Below, in pieces: positions 1 through 9,239 of a stretch of 63,770 bases of DNA. The notes under the pieces are model-generated. The model searched no databases. It was not told the origin of the DNA and saw nothing but the letters and a program-made list of their open reading frames with translations. The translations under genes were made by a program, and so were the position numbers. Position 1 is the stretch's first letter; every line of letters starts with the position of its first letter. Location: positions 1-63,770 of the IMG/VR virus record IMGVR_UViG_3300044731_000783. One strand, written 5' to 3'. This stretch comes from a virus. Lineage: Duplodnaviria; Caudoviricetes.

Positions 1-287
1 ATACCTTCTAAGTCTTTTTTAGATTTTTGTTTTGTTGATTTATCGGCAACTAAACTTTTGATTTTTTCGTATGAATGTTTAAAAATGTCCTTATCTTCAT
101 TAGAAAATGCGGCTTTAAATCTTTCAAATGCGGCAATTGTTTTTCTAATCTCATCTTCTGTTTCTTCAGTTTCTTTTGAATATTTGTCAACAAGTTTTTT
201 AACTGTTGATTCAGGGTATTCTAATAATATTTTTTTTGTATTATAATTCTCGTTTACAACTTTAGAAAGTACTTTAATTAATTCCAT
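1..287 (-). CDS. Hypothetical, probably head-associated protein (runs off the left window edge; not in ORF track)
   Basis: Manual translation from ATG at 287: MELIKVLSKVVNENYNTKKILLEYPESTVKKLVDKY..., open to the edge; TATTTAT motif upstream (302-308). Confidence 0.8.
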   Translation of the reverse strand, partial: MELIKVLSKVVNENYNTKKILLEYPESTVKKLVDKYSKETEETEDEIRKTIAAFERFKAAFSNEDKDIFKHSYEKIKSLVADKSTKQKSKKDLEG

Positions 288-375
288 AACGTTTTTTCTT
301 TATAAATATTAGATTGTGGTAAAAAAAATGATAATAAAATCTTTAAATGTCAATATACTATATTTATTTTTAAGT

Positions 376-537
376 ATGGAAAAAAAAGAAGCAACAAAAG
401 TGGGGTGTCAGTCATGTAAAACAAGTAAAAAAATAAAAAACACACAAAAAGTAGTTTTTGTTTTTGGTGGTTTAATATTTTTATTATCGGTATATGGTAC
501 TATTAGATTAATACAAGATATATCATCTTTATTTTAA
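376..537 (+). CDS. Small CxxC protein with C-terminal transmembrane helix
   Basis: MEKKEATKVGCQSCK...VVFVFGGLIFLLSVYGTI; start moved from 316 to 376 because TATTTAT lies at 361-367. Confidence 0.65.
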   Translation: MEKKEATKVGCQSCKTSKKIKNTQKVVFVFGGLIFLLSVYGTIRLIQDISSLF

Positions 538-1469
538 TCTCTATCATATTTTACAAATTGATTTATTAGTAAATCACCATTAATCTCAAGTTTAAAACCT
601 TTTCCTTTTACTCTTAATGGTTTTGATGTATCAAACTTTTTTGGGAATTTAATTGTTAATTCACCATCAGGATGTGGTATTGAAAATGAATCTTCTTTTA
701 AATCATCAAGATCAAAAAAAGTATTATAAATTAAATTATTTCCAAATTTTTCAAACCCATTTTCTTTCTCAATCTGAACTCTAACTATTAAATCACCAAA
801 AATTCCATTTCTATAGTCTCCCATTCCTTGTAACCTAAAAAATTGACCATCATCAATACCATGTGGAATTTTAATTTCAATACTTTTCATTTCATCTTTA
901 CCCCCACTACCATTACACACAAAACAAGGATTTGGATTAATGGATCCGGAACCAGAACAAACCGGACATGCCATTGCAATCATTTGAATGAACATACCGC
1001 TACCCATTTGTTGCATAACTTGACCCATACCATTACACTGTGTACATACTTTTTTATCACCACCGGTACCACTACAAGTATCACAACTTGTTTTTCTTTT
1101 ATATGTAATTTCTTTTTTAGGTGAAAGGTATGATTCTAAAACACCAATATTTACATTAATATTTGTTGTATGTGTTCTTTGTTGTTGTCTTTGTTGACCA
1201 AAAACACTATTGAATAAATCACTCATAGAACTCCCAAACCCACCTCCACGCATTCCGGCAAATGGGTTTTTTCTTTCCGTATCGTATTGTCTTCTTTTTT
1301 CCTCATCACCTACTGTATCATAGGCTACAGATATTTTCTTGAACAGTTCTTCGTCGCCACCTTTATCCGGGTGATTTTCTTTTGCTAGTTTTCTATAAGC
1401 TTTTTTAATTTCGTCTTGTGTTGCAGTTTCTTCAACCCCTAATATTGAGTAATGTGTATCAGTATTCAT
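534..1469 (-). CDS. dnaJ: DnaJ co-chaperone (class A)
   Basis: J-domain with HPD, G/F-rich linker, four CxxCxGxG repeats, C-terminal domain (LRVKGKG). Confidence 0.95.
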   Translation of the reverse strand: MNTDTHYSILGVEETATQDEIKKAYRKLAKENHPDKGGDEELFKKISVAYDTVGDEEKRRQYDTERKNPFAGMRGGGFGSSMSDLFNSVFGQQRQQQRTHTTNINVNIGVLESYLSPKKEITYKRKTSCDTCSGTGGDKKVCTQCNGMGQVMQQMGSGMFIQMIAMACPVCSGSGSINPNPCFVCNGSGGKDEMKSIEIKIPHGIDDGQFFRLQGMGDYRNGIFGDLIVRVQIEKENGFEKFGNNLIYNTFFDLDDLKEDSFSIPHPDGELTIKFPKKFDTSKPLRVKGKGFKLEINGDLLINQFVKYDRD

Positions 1470-1514
1470 TTATTTTTAAATTTTGGTATTTTTATATAAT
1501 ATAGGAAATTGTTT

Positions 1515-2153
1515 ATGAAATATCTAATTGTTTTATTTAAAAATAAAGAAAGAAAACGAATAATCAAGAAATTTAAAACCTATGAGAGGGCAATAAACTT
1601 TTTTGATTCACAAATTTTAAAAAATAAAGAAATCATTTTTGATAAAGCAATAGAGAATGGTACTTATTGTTCATTTGAAATTGGTTTACTAGAAAAGGAT
1701 TCAAATAATTTTGATTTATACTTTGTTAAAGATGATATGGGTAGAAACTTAAAAATTAATCTTGACGATCCGGAATACAAAATATTAAACATTTCAAACT
1801 ACCTGGTTGAGGAGTTGATATTCGATATTTCAAAAAATAAAAAAATATCTTTTAATAAATTTGTTATAAACTATCTACCAAAAGGTTCAATAAAGTTAAT
1901 TTCTAAATTAAATAATAAGGTCGTTGTCCAGGATGATGATGTTGTGAATTTATTTTCACTAAAAAGTGATGAAGATTGTTATAGGTTTCTGGGTATTTTA
2001 GAAAATTATATGTTTAACAAAAAAAGGTCAGATTGTATCATAGTAACTGATGGTAATATAGCACAAAAAAAATACCTTTATAATCTATTACAATCAAAAG
2101 GTATTTCTAAATCAATTTTATACAAACAATCAACAACTCATTTTAAAGGTTGA
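1515..2153 (+). CDS. Hypothetical protein
   Basis: ~212-aa ORF divergent from dnaJ; ATG at 1515. Confidence 0.75.
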   Translation: MKYLIVLFKNKERKRIIKKFKTYERAINFFDSQILKNKEIIFDKAIENGTYCSFEIGLLEKDSNNFDLYFVKDDMGRNLKINLDDPEYKILNISNYLVEELIFDISKNKKISFNKFVINYLPKGSIKLISKLNNKVVVQDDDVVNLFSLKSDEDCYRFLGILENYMFNKKRSDCIIVTDGNIAQKKYLYNLLQSKGISKSILYKQSTTHFKG

Positions 2154-2469
2154 AAAGTCTTTTAAAGAATCCTTTTTTGGGTTCTTCGACTTTCTCAACC
2201 ACTTCCTCAACAACTTCATCAACAACTTCATCTTCAAATTTATATGAATTTTCCAAAATAAAAATTATTTCTGTACCAGAAATATCAATTTTTATTTGGT
2301 TTTCATCAATTTTTGTATTTTTTAAATTTCCTTTAATATAATTAAAATCCGCATAATCAACTTCGTATATTAAAACAGATTTACTTTTTGGGAATATTGC
2401 TTGGGCACCATCAACAATAAGTGCCAATTTTGTTAAGATATCCTCAAAACCGTTTTGATTCGTTTCCAT
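2143..2469 (-). CDS. Hypothetical protein
   Basis: 108-aa ORF, acidic EEVV repeats, amphipathic KKGFFKRLF tail. Confidence 0.7.
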   Translation of the reverse strand: METNQNGFEDILTKLALIVDGAQAIFPKSKSVLIYEVDYADFNYIKGNLKNTKIDENQIKIDISGTEIIFILENSYKFEDEVVDEVVEEVVEKVEEPKKGFFKRLFNL

Positions 2470-2621
2470 AATGTTTGTTTTTTTGGTTTTGGTATTATTT
2501 CATCTTTTTTCATTCCCTTTATTTCTTGAATGAATTTGGTTTTTTCTTTCTCTAGAGTTTCTTTGTCTTTTTTAATCTCGTTCAACAACCACTCCATCGT
2601 TTCCTCTTGTTTGGTCTTCAT
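2433..2621 (-). CDS. Small hypothetical protein (start may be 2597)
   Basis: ORF overlapping both neighbours in operon-like packing. Confidence 0.55.
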   Translation of the reverse strand: MKTKQEETMEWLLNEIKKDKETLEKEKTKFIQEIKGMKKDEIIPKPKKQTLWKRIKTVLRIS

Positions 2622-3006
2622 CTTCTATTGTTAAATTAAATTCTTTTATGTCAAATTTTAAAGTCTGTAGTTTATCTAAATTTTGTTTTTCAAATATTTT
2701 TTTTAACTCTTCAACTTTATTAAAAAATAATACTTCTTTTTCTTCCAACTCTTTATTATAATCTATAATTGATTTTAGATTTTGAATTGTTTTTGAAAGC
2801 TCTTCATCATTAAAATCAGAAACAAAAGATATTAACCTAGTACCTGGTTGTGATTTTTCTTGTTCTACAACCTTTCCTTCTATTGTATATTTTTTTGGTA
2901 ATTTCCAATTTTCGGGCAATTCAACATCAAAAGACAAATAATTTTTTAATTTTCTTATTGATTTTAGATATGGGAAAATTTTTTCAGTTTCAGTATAAAA
3001 AGTCAT
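2572..3006 (-). CDS. Hypothetical protein
   Basis: 144-aa ORF. Confidence 0.75.
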   Translation of the reverse strand: MTFYTETEKIFPYLKSIRKLKNYLSFDVELPENWKLPKKYTIEGKVVEQEKSQPGTRLISFVSDFNDEELSKTIQNLKSIIDYNKELEEKEVLFFNKVEELKKIFEKQNLDKLQTLKFDIKEFNLTIEDEDQTRGNDGVVVERD

Positions 3007-3010
3007 AATT

Positions 3011-3196
3011 TTAGTTTAATAGATAAGTTAATACATAAGAAATAAAAAAACCAAAAATAATAGTTTCTCTTTTAGAAATTACCATTTCTTTAGGTGGATT
3101 TTGTAAAAGAGAAACTATAAACATTGATAAAATTCTTAGAATACCAAGTAGTGAAAATATAAAAATAAATAAAAATAAATTGTTAATATCTAACAT
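3011..3196 (-). CDS. Small two-TM membrane protein
   Basis: 61 aa with two hydrophobic stretches. Confidence 0.65.
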   Translation of the reverse strand: MLDINNLFLFIFIFSLLGILRILSMFIVSLLQNPPKEMVISKRETIIFGFFISYVLTYLLN

Positions 3197-3198
3197 AA

Positions 3199-3378
3199 TT
3201 AATTTTTTCTAGCTTCTAAAATCTCACCTCTTAATGTTTTTAAAAATTCTCTCAATTCTTGTGATGTTTTTCTAGCTCTTGTTCCGGCAGTCTTATTACC
3301 AGCTTCAAATTTTTCAACATCAACAGTTAGTGAATCGACTAATGTTTTAATTTTTTGGATTGTTTTTTCTTCCGTCAT
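3199..3378 (-). CDS. Histone H1-like (Hc1 family) small protein (not in ORF track)
   Basis: Manual translation MTEEKTIQKIKTLVDSLTVDVEKFEAGNKTAGTRARKTSQELREFLKTLRGEILEARKN; the GNKxAGTRARK motif is typical of Hc1-like proteins. Confidence 0.85.
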   Translation of the reverse strand: MTEEKTIQKIKTLVDSLTVDVEKFEAGNKTAGTRARKTSQELREFLKTLRGEILEARKN

Positions 3379-3408
3379 TTTAATAAAAAATAAAAGTTTA
3401 TTGTTAAT

Positions 3409-3436
3409 AATATATGTGATTTATTTAGTTTGTCAA
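3409..3436 (-). promoter_or_regulatory. -35/-10 type promoter
   Basis: TTGACA-N16-TATATT upstream of the Hc1-like gene. Confidence 0.6.
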
Positions 3437-3906
3437 TACATTAATACCATATTACTATCTATTGATCGATAAATCGTCAATAACACATCTAAATCAGATT
3501 TTGTAAATGGTTTTTTTCTGTCAAACATTTCTGTAAAAAAATCCGGTATTGATTTTTTTACTTTATCTTCTGAATGTTTGTAAAAAATTTCAATAAAAAA
3601 ATCTTTAAAATAATCGTAATGATCTCCGGTTTCATTTATTAAAATATTTTCTTTTTCAAAATTTTTAAGATTTTCTTTCCAACACCAATTAAAATGGTTT
3701 AAATTATCATCTTCAGACATTGTTATTTTACTTTCGTTATCATCTGAAAAACCACCTAAATACGTGTCATAAATTATCATAGATAATGAATATGTGAAAT
3801 CATAAAATAATTCCATTTTTTCAAATATTATATTGTTGGTTTTGAACCATATATCAACCTCATTATATTCTAATGGTTTACTGATATAATTAAAAAAATT
3901 CTCCAT
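3433..3906 (-). CDS. Hypothetical protein
   Basis: 157-aa ORF; TTTACA-N16-TATAAT upstream. Confidence 0.75.
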   Translation of the reverse strand: MENFFNYISKPLEYNEVDIWFKTNNIIFEKMELFYDFTYSLSMIIYDTYLGGFSDDNESKITMSEDDNLNHFNWCWKENLKNFEKENILINETGDHYDYFKDFFIEIFYKHSEDKVKKSIPDFFTEMFDRKKPFTKSDLDVLLTIYRSIDSNMVLMY

Positions 3907-3954
3907 AAGACTATATCCTATGGAGAATTATAAGTTCATTTAAGATTTTGTAAA

Positions 3955-5229
3955 TTATTGAGTCTTTTGACTATACCCCATTAATTGTTGTATTCTACTA
4001 AACTCCTCGTTTAATTTTTTATTTTCAACACTTTCTGTTTTTATTTTAATTCCATTACCACCATTTTCACCAACACCATCAGTTACAGGTTGTTTTGATT
4101 TACGATAAGCAGTCATTTTTGCTTTATGATATTTTTGTTCTTTTCTTTTTTTGTTAATTCTTTCACCAAGTTCAGTTTCTTCAGCATTAGCCCATTCTGG
4201 ATTATTACCAGTTCTTGATGAACCAGCAATATTATCGTCCATCCATTTATTATCGTATTGAACTTCGTCTGGCACTAAATCCTCCATTCCTGGGTGCATA
4301 AAATCATCTAAAAATTCTTTACCATCATCAGACATTGTATATTTTTTTGTGTTCATCTTAGCTAACTGACCATTTCCTTTAGGAAAATGTTTAGGGTTTG
4401 TTTCATACTTACCTTTAGAACCATCTTTTAGATAGTCTGTAAGTTTTTTGGCAACAGAGTCAAGGTATTCTTTATTTTCTTTACCAGATCCTTTATGTGC
4501 TTTTTCATATGCTGAAAGTCCTTTTGGTTGTACACCTTTTTTAATATTATCTTTTTTCTTTTCTTCATTAACAATTCCTTCGATGATATCAATAATTTCA
4601 TTTTCAGTAAACAATGCTGATTCTTCGCCATCAACTAATCTATATAATGTTTCTTCTAAATTTGAGTTATCAGTATATTCTCTATCACCAAATTTAAATT
4701 TACCACCTTTTTTAGTTTTTAATAAGGCACCAGTGAAAGCATTTCCTTCCTCAACTTCTTCATCCATTCCTGCGGTAAAATCTGAAGCTCCGGTACCAAA
4801 TTCTAAAATATCACCTTTTTTCATTCCACATTCAACACACTGTCCTTCATAAAATTCACTAGAACCACATTCACAAACATTATCTTCCATATATTCACCT
4901 TTATTACCGCACTCCATACATTCTTTTTCTTTCATCTCACCTCTTAATCGTTTGAAGTCTTCTCTATCTAGTCTACCGTTTTTATTTGTATCTAATTTAC
5001 TTTGTTTACCATACAATTTTTCCATAACTTCAGCTGACATATTTCCACATTCCATACATTCCCCTTCAACCATAGGTGAACCACATTCACAAGTTTCACC
5101 TTCAGCAACATAGTCAAATGAGGTTGGTGCATTTTTAAGTTTTGCGTAAATTGAATCTGCTTTTTCTTCAAGTGTTTCTGTTAAAATTCGATTTACCAAT
5201 CTATCTAAATAATTTTTACTACTATTCAT
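3955..5229 (-). CDS. Putative head-associated protein with repeated Cys motifs and an EF-hand-like loop
   Basis: CECG/CMECG repeats, DTNKNGRLDREDF, C-terminal LNEEFSRIQQLMGY; TATTTAT upstream. Confidence 0.6.
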   Translation of the reverse strand: MNSSKNYLDRLVNRILTETLEEKADSIYAKLKNAPTSFDYVAEGETCECGSPMVEGECMECGNMSAEVMEKLYGKQSKLDTNKNGRLDREDFKRLRGEMKEKECMECGNKGEYMEDNVCECGSSEFYEGQCVECGMKKGDILEFGTGASDFTAGMDEEVEEGNAFTGALLKTKKGGKFKFGDREYTDNSNLEETLYRLVDGEESALFTENEIIDIIEGIVNEEKKKDNIKKGVQPKGLSAYEKAHKGSGKENKEYLDSVAKKLTDYLKDGSKGKYETNPKHFPKGNGQLAKMNTKKYTMSDDGKEFLDDFMHPGMEDLVPDEVQYDNKWMDDNIAGSSRTGNNPEWANAEETELGERINKKRKEQKYHKAKMTAYRKSKQPVTDGVGENGGNGIKIKTESVENKKLNEEFSRIQQLMGYSQKTQ

Positions 5230-5253
5230 AATATATTTTTTTATAATAAATAC

Positions 5254-5961
5254 TTACAAGTTTTTGTTTATTTTGATTTCCTGTAATATTATTTCTTTAA
5301 TATTATCTTCACTTAAACCATACTTCATTGACATTTTTTTGATAGTAGTTTTAAGAGTTTCATTTTCAAAAATATTAAGAGCTTTAATATCACCTTGATT
5401 ACAATATGGAAATCTTTTACATTTTTTTTTAACCTGGACGAATTTACCTCCTGGAATTTGTGTTTTTGATTTACCTCTCCAATCTTTTTTACTTGTTGAT
5501 TTAGCCCAAGCTTTAGGTGTTACATAAACACCAACACCAGCACCAGCACTGGTAGCTTCTTTAGTTTCAACTTTCTTTTTTTCTCCTAATGATAACATAG
5601 GTTCAAAAGTTCCTGACATGCCACCAGTTGACATAGCCTCTTTATTTTCTTCTTTTTTACCTCGACTATTAAGAATAGAATTTAAAAATTCATTCACTTG
5701 TTCGGAATCTTTTAGATGTTTTTTTATTTCTTGTCTTATTTTTGTATTAGACAATTTTTTATTTTTAACCAATTTAAGAATCTCAAGTATTGACGATTCT
5801 TTTTTTAAGAATTTCAATGGTTCGTAATCCATATCTTCTTCTCTTAATTCTTTAGCATTATTCATCACTGAAGCTCTGGCTTTTGCGGCATCTGGTCCTA
5901 GAACTTGATTGTCAGTTAAAGCAGCGTTTAATGATTTTTCAAAATTATTTATTAAATCCAT
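5254..5961 (-). CDS. Hypothetical, probably head-associated protein
   Basis: 235 aa; two KEA-x-S..G..P segments; KKKCKRFPYCNQG. Confidence 0.6.
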   Translation of the reverse strand: MDLINNFEKSLNAALTDNQVLGPDAAKARASVMNNAKELREEDMDYEPLKFLKKESSILEILKLVKNKKLSNTKIRQEIKKHLKDSEQVNEFLNSILNSRGKKEENKEAMSTGGMSGTFEPMLSLGEKKKVETKEATSAGAGVGVYVTPKAWAKSTSKKDWRGKSKTQIPGGKFVQVKKKCKRFPYCNQGDIKALNIFENETLKTTIKKMSMKYGLSEDNIKEIILQEIKINKNL

Positions 5962-6209
5962 TACATACCTTTAAATTTAGACTCCCAGAAACTTCTTTGT
6001 TGATACATTATTGTATAAAATTCTCTGAAAGATTTGATTATCAAGTCTTTTAACTGACCGTCTAATTTACCACCTCTTTTCATCTCTTTTGAAATCCTTT
6101 CAACAAGTTTATCCTCAAATTGTTTTGTTGTATTTGAGTTTAGAAAATCTTTAATTTCTTTTCTAACTAACGTTTCAATTTCCCTTTTATCTGATTGACT
6201 TAGTGGCAT
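5961..6209 (-). CDS. Hypothetical protein
   Basis: 82-aa ORF, TAATG-type translational coupling on both sides. Confidence 0.7.
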   Translation of the reverse strand: MPLSQSDKREIETLVRKEIKDFLNSNTTKQFEDKLVERISKEMKRGGKLDGQLKDLIIKSFREFYTIMYQQRSFWESKFKGM

Positions 6210-6619
6210 TATTTAAATAATTGTATATAGGTTATTGTTGCAAAAACAAATCCTGAAACAATCTCAATGATGTTGTTTTTGATTTTAATTTTTTTTAATT
6301 GATCTCGTAAATCTTTATTATCCTCTTCAATCAATTTGTATTTTTCTTCGGTACTTTTTATAAGTACTTCACTATTACGATCTTTTTCTTCCAAATCTTT
6401 AATTACTGTATCTTGTTTGTTTGTTTTTTTAACTAATTCATCAATTTCTTTTTTATCTAAAATTGATAATTTTTTTAATTTATCTAACTCATTTAAATCC
6501 TTTAAGACTTCTCTTCCAATCTCGGATGGAAAACAAATAACACTAGTATCTTTTATTTCTTTTTGACCAAAAGTCAAAAATGAGAATGTTAAAAAAATAA
6601 ATAAAATTAAATTTTTCAT
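6209..6619 (-). CDS. Signal-peptide/coiled-coil/TM protein, possible spanin-like
   Basis: N-terminal hydrophobic signal, coiled coil, C-terminal TM; near amidase. Confidence 0.45.
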   Translation of the reverse strand: MKNLILFIFLTFSFLTFGQKEIKDTSVICFPSEIGREVLKDLNELDKLKKLSILDKKEIDELVKKTNKQDTVIKDLEEKDRNSEVLIKSTEEKYKLIEEDNKDLRDQLKKIKIKNNIIEIVSGFVFATITYIQLFK

Positions 6620-6621
6620 AA

Positions 6622-6975
6622 TTAATATTTGTATCTAGCTTTAAAGGCACTATCAATTTGTTTATTTGTCCATTTAGGAATTTCCTTATCTTTTATCTCA
6701 TAATAGTTATTAACTGTTGTTTTTTGTGATTTAATATTTTCAATATTTTCATCAATTCTTTGTATATCTTTTTTACTAACCGCTATTGAGTCGTCTAGGT
6801 CTTTTTGTTTCTTTTTTAAATCTGTAATTTTTAAATCCAATTGATCTAATTTATATTTTAATAAATCACTTTTATCTGGTGCTGGAGTAAAAATTTTAAT
6901 TAATAAAAAAATTGTGGTTATTGTTAATATAACCAACATAATTTCTTTAAAGTATTTTAAAAAAAATTGTTTCAT
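6622..6975 (-). CDS. N-terminal TM plus coiled-coil protein, possible inner-membrane spanin-like
   Basis: Single TM followed by heptad-rich region; lysis-like context. Confidence 0.45.
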   Translation of the reverse strand: MKQFFLKYFKEIMLVILTITTIFLLIKIFTPAPDKSDLLKYKLDQLDLKITDLKKKQKDLDDSIAVSKKDIQRIDENIENIKSQKTTVNNYYEIKDKEIPKWTNKQIDSAFKARYKY

Positions 6976-7607
6976 TTATCACTTGTTTTTTTTCTAACGG
7001 CAATAACTTTTGACCATTTTGTTTTAAACTTCTCATAATAAGTTTTAAGTTTTTGAATCATTTCAAGGAAATCTTCGTCTATTTGCATCATTGTTCCATT
7101 TATATAAACGCCGTTATTTTCTCCTATTGAAAAGAAGAATTCAACGTCATATTCCGTTATTTTTCCGGACCATTCTACATTATTTGGGTATAGATTTAAT
7201 TTGTTGAAGTCAACAATTTCTGAAACCTCTGAAACAAATTCATCCATACTTTCTTGAAAAGCGGTTTTGTCATCAGTTGTTAGTTGTAAATCTTTTGTTT
7301 CTTTACCATGAATGTATAATATTCCACCTGAAATTCTATAACCCTTTTTTTTGTCTGATTTTATACTATCACTATCGTCTTTTTCTTCGTCATCAGCTGT
7401 TTCATATTCAATATCTCTTTCAATACTTTTTTTAGGATTATCTCTTTTAGTTATATTATTTGGTGTGTCGATTTTACCATCTTCACCTTGTTCTAAAATA
7501 AGTCCATATCTTTTTTTAATTTCGGTAGATTCCTGAATTAATTTTTCACCACCTAAAATTGCTCTAGATTTTTTTAATAAATTTCTAATTTCTTCACTAT
7601 TACTCAT
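6972..7607 (-). CDS. Hypothetical protein
   Basis: 211-aa ORF with acidic linker. Confidence 0.7.
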   Translation of the reverse strand: MSNSEEIRNLLKKSRAILGGEKLIQESTEIKKRYGLILEQGEDGKIDTPNNITKRDNPKKSIERDIEYETADDEEKDDSDSIKSDKKKGYRISGGILYIHGKETKDLQLTTDDKTAFQESMDEFVSEVSEIVDFNKLNLYPNNVEWSGKITEYDVEFFFSIGENNGVYINGTMMQIDEDFLEMIQKLKTYYEKFKTKWSKVIAVRKKTSDK

Positions 7608-8196
7608 TGTCTAATTTTTTAATAAAATATTCAAAATCAAAAGCCGGACTTAAATCTGTAGCATCTTCATCAATATTTGATCTTGTTATGATACCACTAA
7701 ATGTTTCCAATCTATTTGTTTTTGTGTTATGTCCGATACAAATTGGACTGATTTTAAATTTTTCGGAGAGTTTTATACACAAATTTGCAGTTTCATCTAA
7801 CTGTTTTTTTGTATATGGTTCCCAGAAAAAATAATCTCGCCATTTTTTATCAAAAACCTTTTCCTTATAAATACTTCCTAACCAATTAATGTGATAACTT
7901 TTTAATGGTTGTTTTTCCAACCAACCTAAATTTTCTAAAGAAATTATTATCGATTGTTTATCGTATATTGGGTTGTTTAATAATTTACCGTAATTTTCAT
8001 CATCCATTGTTTGTAATATAATACCTTCTTTTGTTATTATATAATGCGGTAATTTATTATATTTGTTGTTAAACCTATGTCTTAAACTTGTTAAGTACTC
8101 GTCACCATTTCTAGAAGTATGTGTTAATATTATTTGGATTTTCTTATCTTCTTTACCGATATGATTATAAATTTTTTTGTCAAGTATTTTAGACAT
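7600..8196 (-). CDS. N-acetylmuramoyl-L-alanine amidase-like protein (Amidase_2 fold)
   Basis: IILTHTS, PHYIITKEG, SIIISLEN, PYTKKQL, CIGHN, DLSPAFDF motifs. Confidence 0.75.
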   Translation of the reverse strand: MSKILDKKIYNHIGKEDKKIQIILTHTSRNGDEYLTSLRHRFNNKYNKLPHYIITKEGIILQTMDDENYGKLLNNPIYDKQSIIISLENLGWLEKQPLKSYHINWLGSIYKEKVFDKKWRDYFFWEPYTKKQLDETANLCIKLSEKFKISPICIGHNTKTNRLETFSGIITRSNIDEDATDLSPAFDFEYFIKKLDNE

Positions 8197-9229
8197 TTTT
8201 TGTATATGTTAATCTTTTTATACTTGATTCAAGTGGTAAGGACTCAGTTGGTATAAAATTTTCTTTTGTTGTTGTGGTTGTTTCTACAACCCAATAATCC
8301 TCATTCTCAAAATATTCTTCATCATTAGCTTGGTCGGTACTTGGTCGGTGGTTAGTCGGTACTTGGTCGGTTTCTTGTACGGTAACTTGTATGGTATCAT
8401 GTATGGTATCATGTATGGTAACTTCGTCTTTCCGTTTCCCTTTAAATGCTTGATTTGTTGCAATAACTAAAGTAATTGCCAGTGGATCAAAAACAAAAAT
8501 TAAAATCAAGATAAAAAGGTTTGCGGTTCTTTTAACATTCCAATCTAATAATTCACTAATATATTTAATAGCACCTAACTCACTTCCGGATATCTCCTGG
8601 GATTGCATATCAAGAATCTTAACATCAAGTTTTGTAATACTATCATTAAACGTATCAATTTTTTTAGATATTGTGTCACGTCTTACTTGAGCTTCTTTTA
8701 GTTGTCCTTCAAATGATTTTCTATTTGCATTATTTGCTCTTGTAATTAATTGACCAGTTTTTTGATCGACAGTTTGTGTTGTCGTGTTATTAGAAAGACC
8801 ATCTCTTAATTTTGTTATATCACCATCAAGAGTTGTTTTTTCTTTTATTAATTCAAGTTTTATCTCTTCAAATCTTTTTTTCTTTACTTCGACATTTTTT
8901 ATTTGTTTTTCACCAATTTCAAGTTTTGCGATATTCCCTTGAAACCCGGTACTTAATAGTCCGTAAATACCAAGTGATGTTATTACAGATAAAGTAATTA
9001 GTGCTATTGTCATATAGATTTTTAATGCACCATACGTTTCTTTCCACTTGTCGTGAAGATATGTTGCTATCGCTATCTTTGATATTTCAAGGAATGTTCC
9101 CATAATAATGACTGGTATTGCAACACCAACAAATACAACTGATAGACCAACAACACTATAATATGCGGCGGTTCCGGATAAACCTAAAGCACAAAATAAT
9201 AAAAACCAGGGTAAAAATTTTTCTTTCAT
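8189..9229 (-). CDS. Multi-TM membrane protein with long coiled coil
   Basis: Three N-terminal TMs, coiled coil, C-terminal TM (IFVFDPLAI), low-complexity tail. Confidence 0.75.
   Translation of the reverse strand: MKEKFLPWFLLFCALGLSGTAAYYSVVGLSVVFVGVAIPVIIMGTFLEISKIAIATYLHDKWKETYGALKIYMTIALITLSVITSLGIYGLLSTGFQGNIAKLEIGEKQIKNVEVKKKRFEEIKLELIKEKTTLDGDITKLRDGLSNNTTTQTVDQKTGQLITRANNANRKSFEGQLKEAQVRRDTISKKIDTFNDSITKLDVKILDMQSQEISGSELGAIKYISELLDWNVKRTANLFILILIFVFDPLAITLVIATNQAFKGKRKDEVTIHDTIHDTIQVTVQETDQVPTNHRPSTDQANDEEYFENEDYWVVETTTTTKENFIPTESLPLESSIKRLTYTKNV
8329..8421. repeat. Compound short tandem repeat array (4 x 11 bp then 4 x 12 bp)
   Basis: GTCGGT at 8333, 8344, 8355, 8366; CWTGTAYGGTAW at 8374, 8386, 8398, 8410. 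Confidence 0.85.
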
Positions 9230-9239
9230 ATTTTATATA

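Noticed and set aside
301-308. T4-type late promoter TATAAATA on the plus strand
   Set aside because: Here and elsewhere it points away from the adjacent gene; the sense-strand motif is TATTTAT
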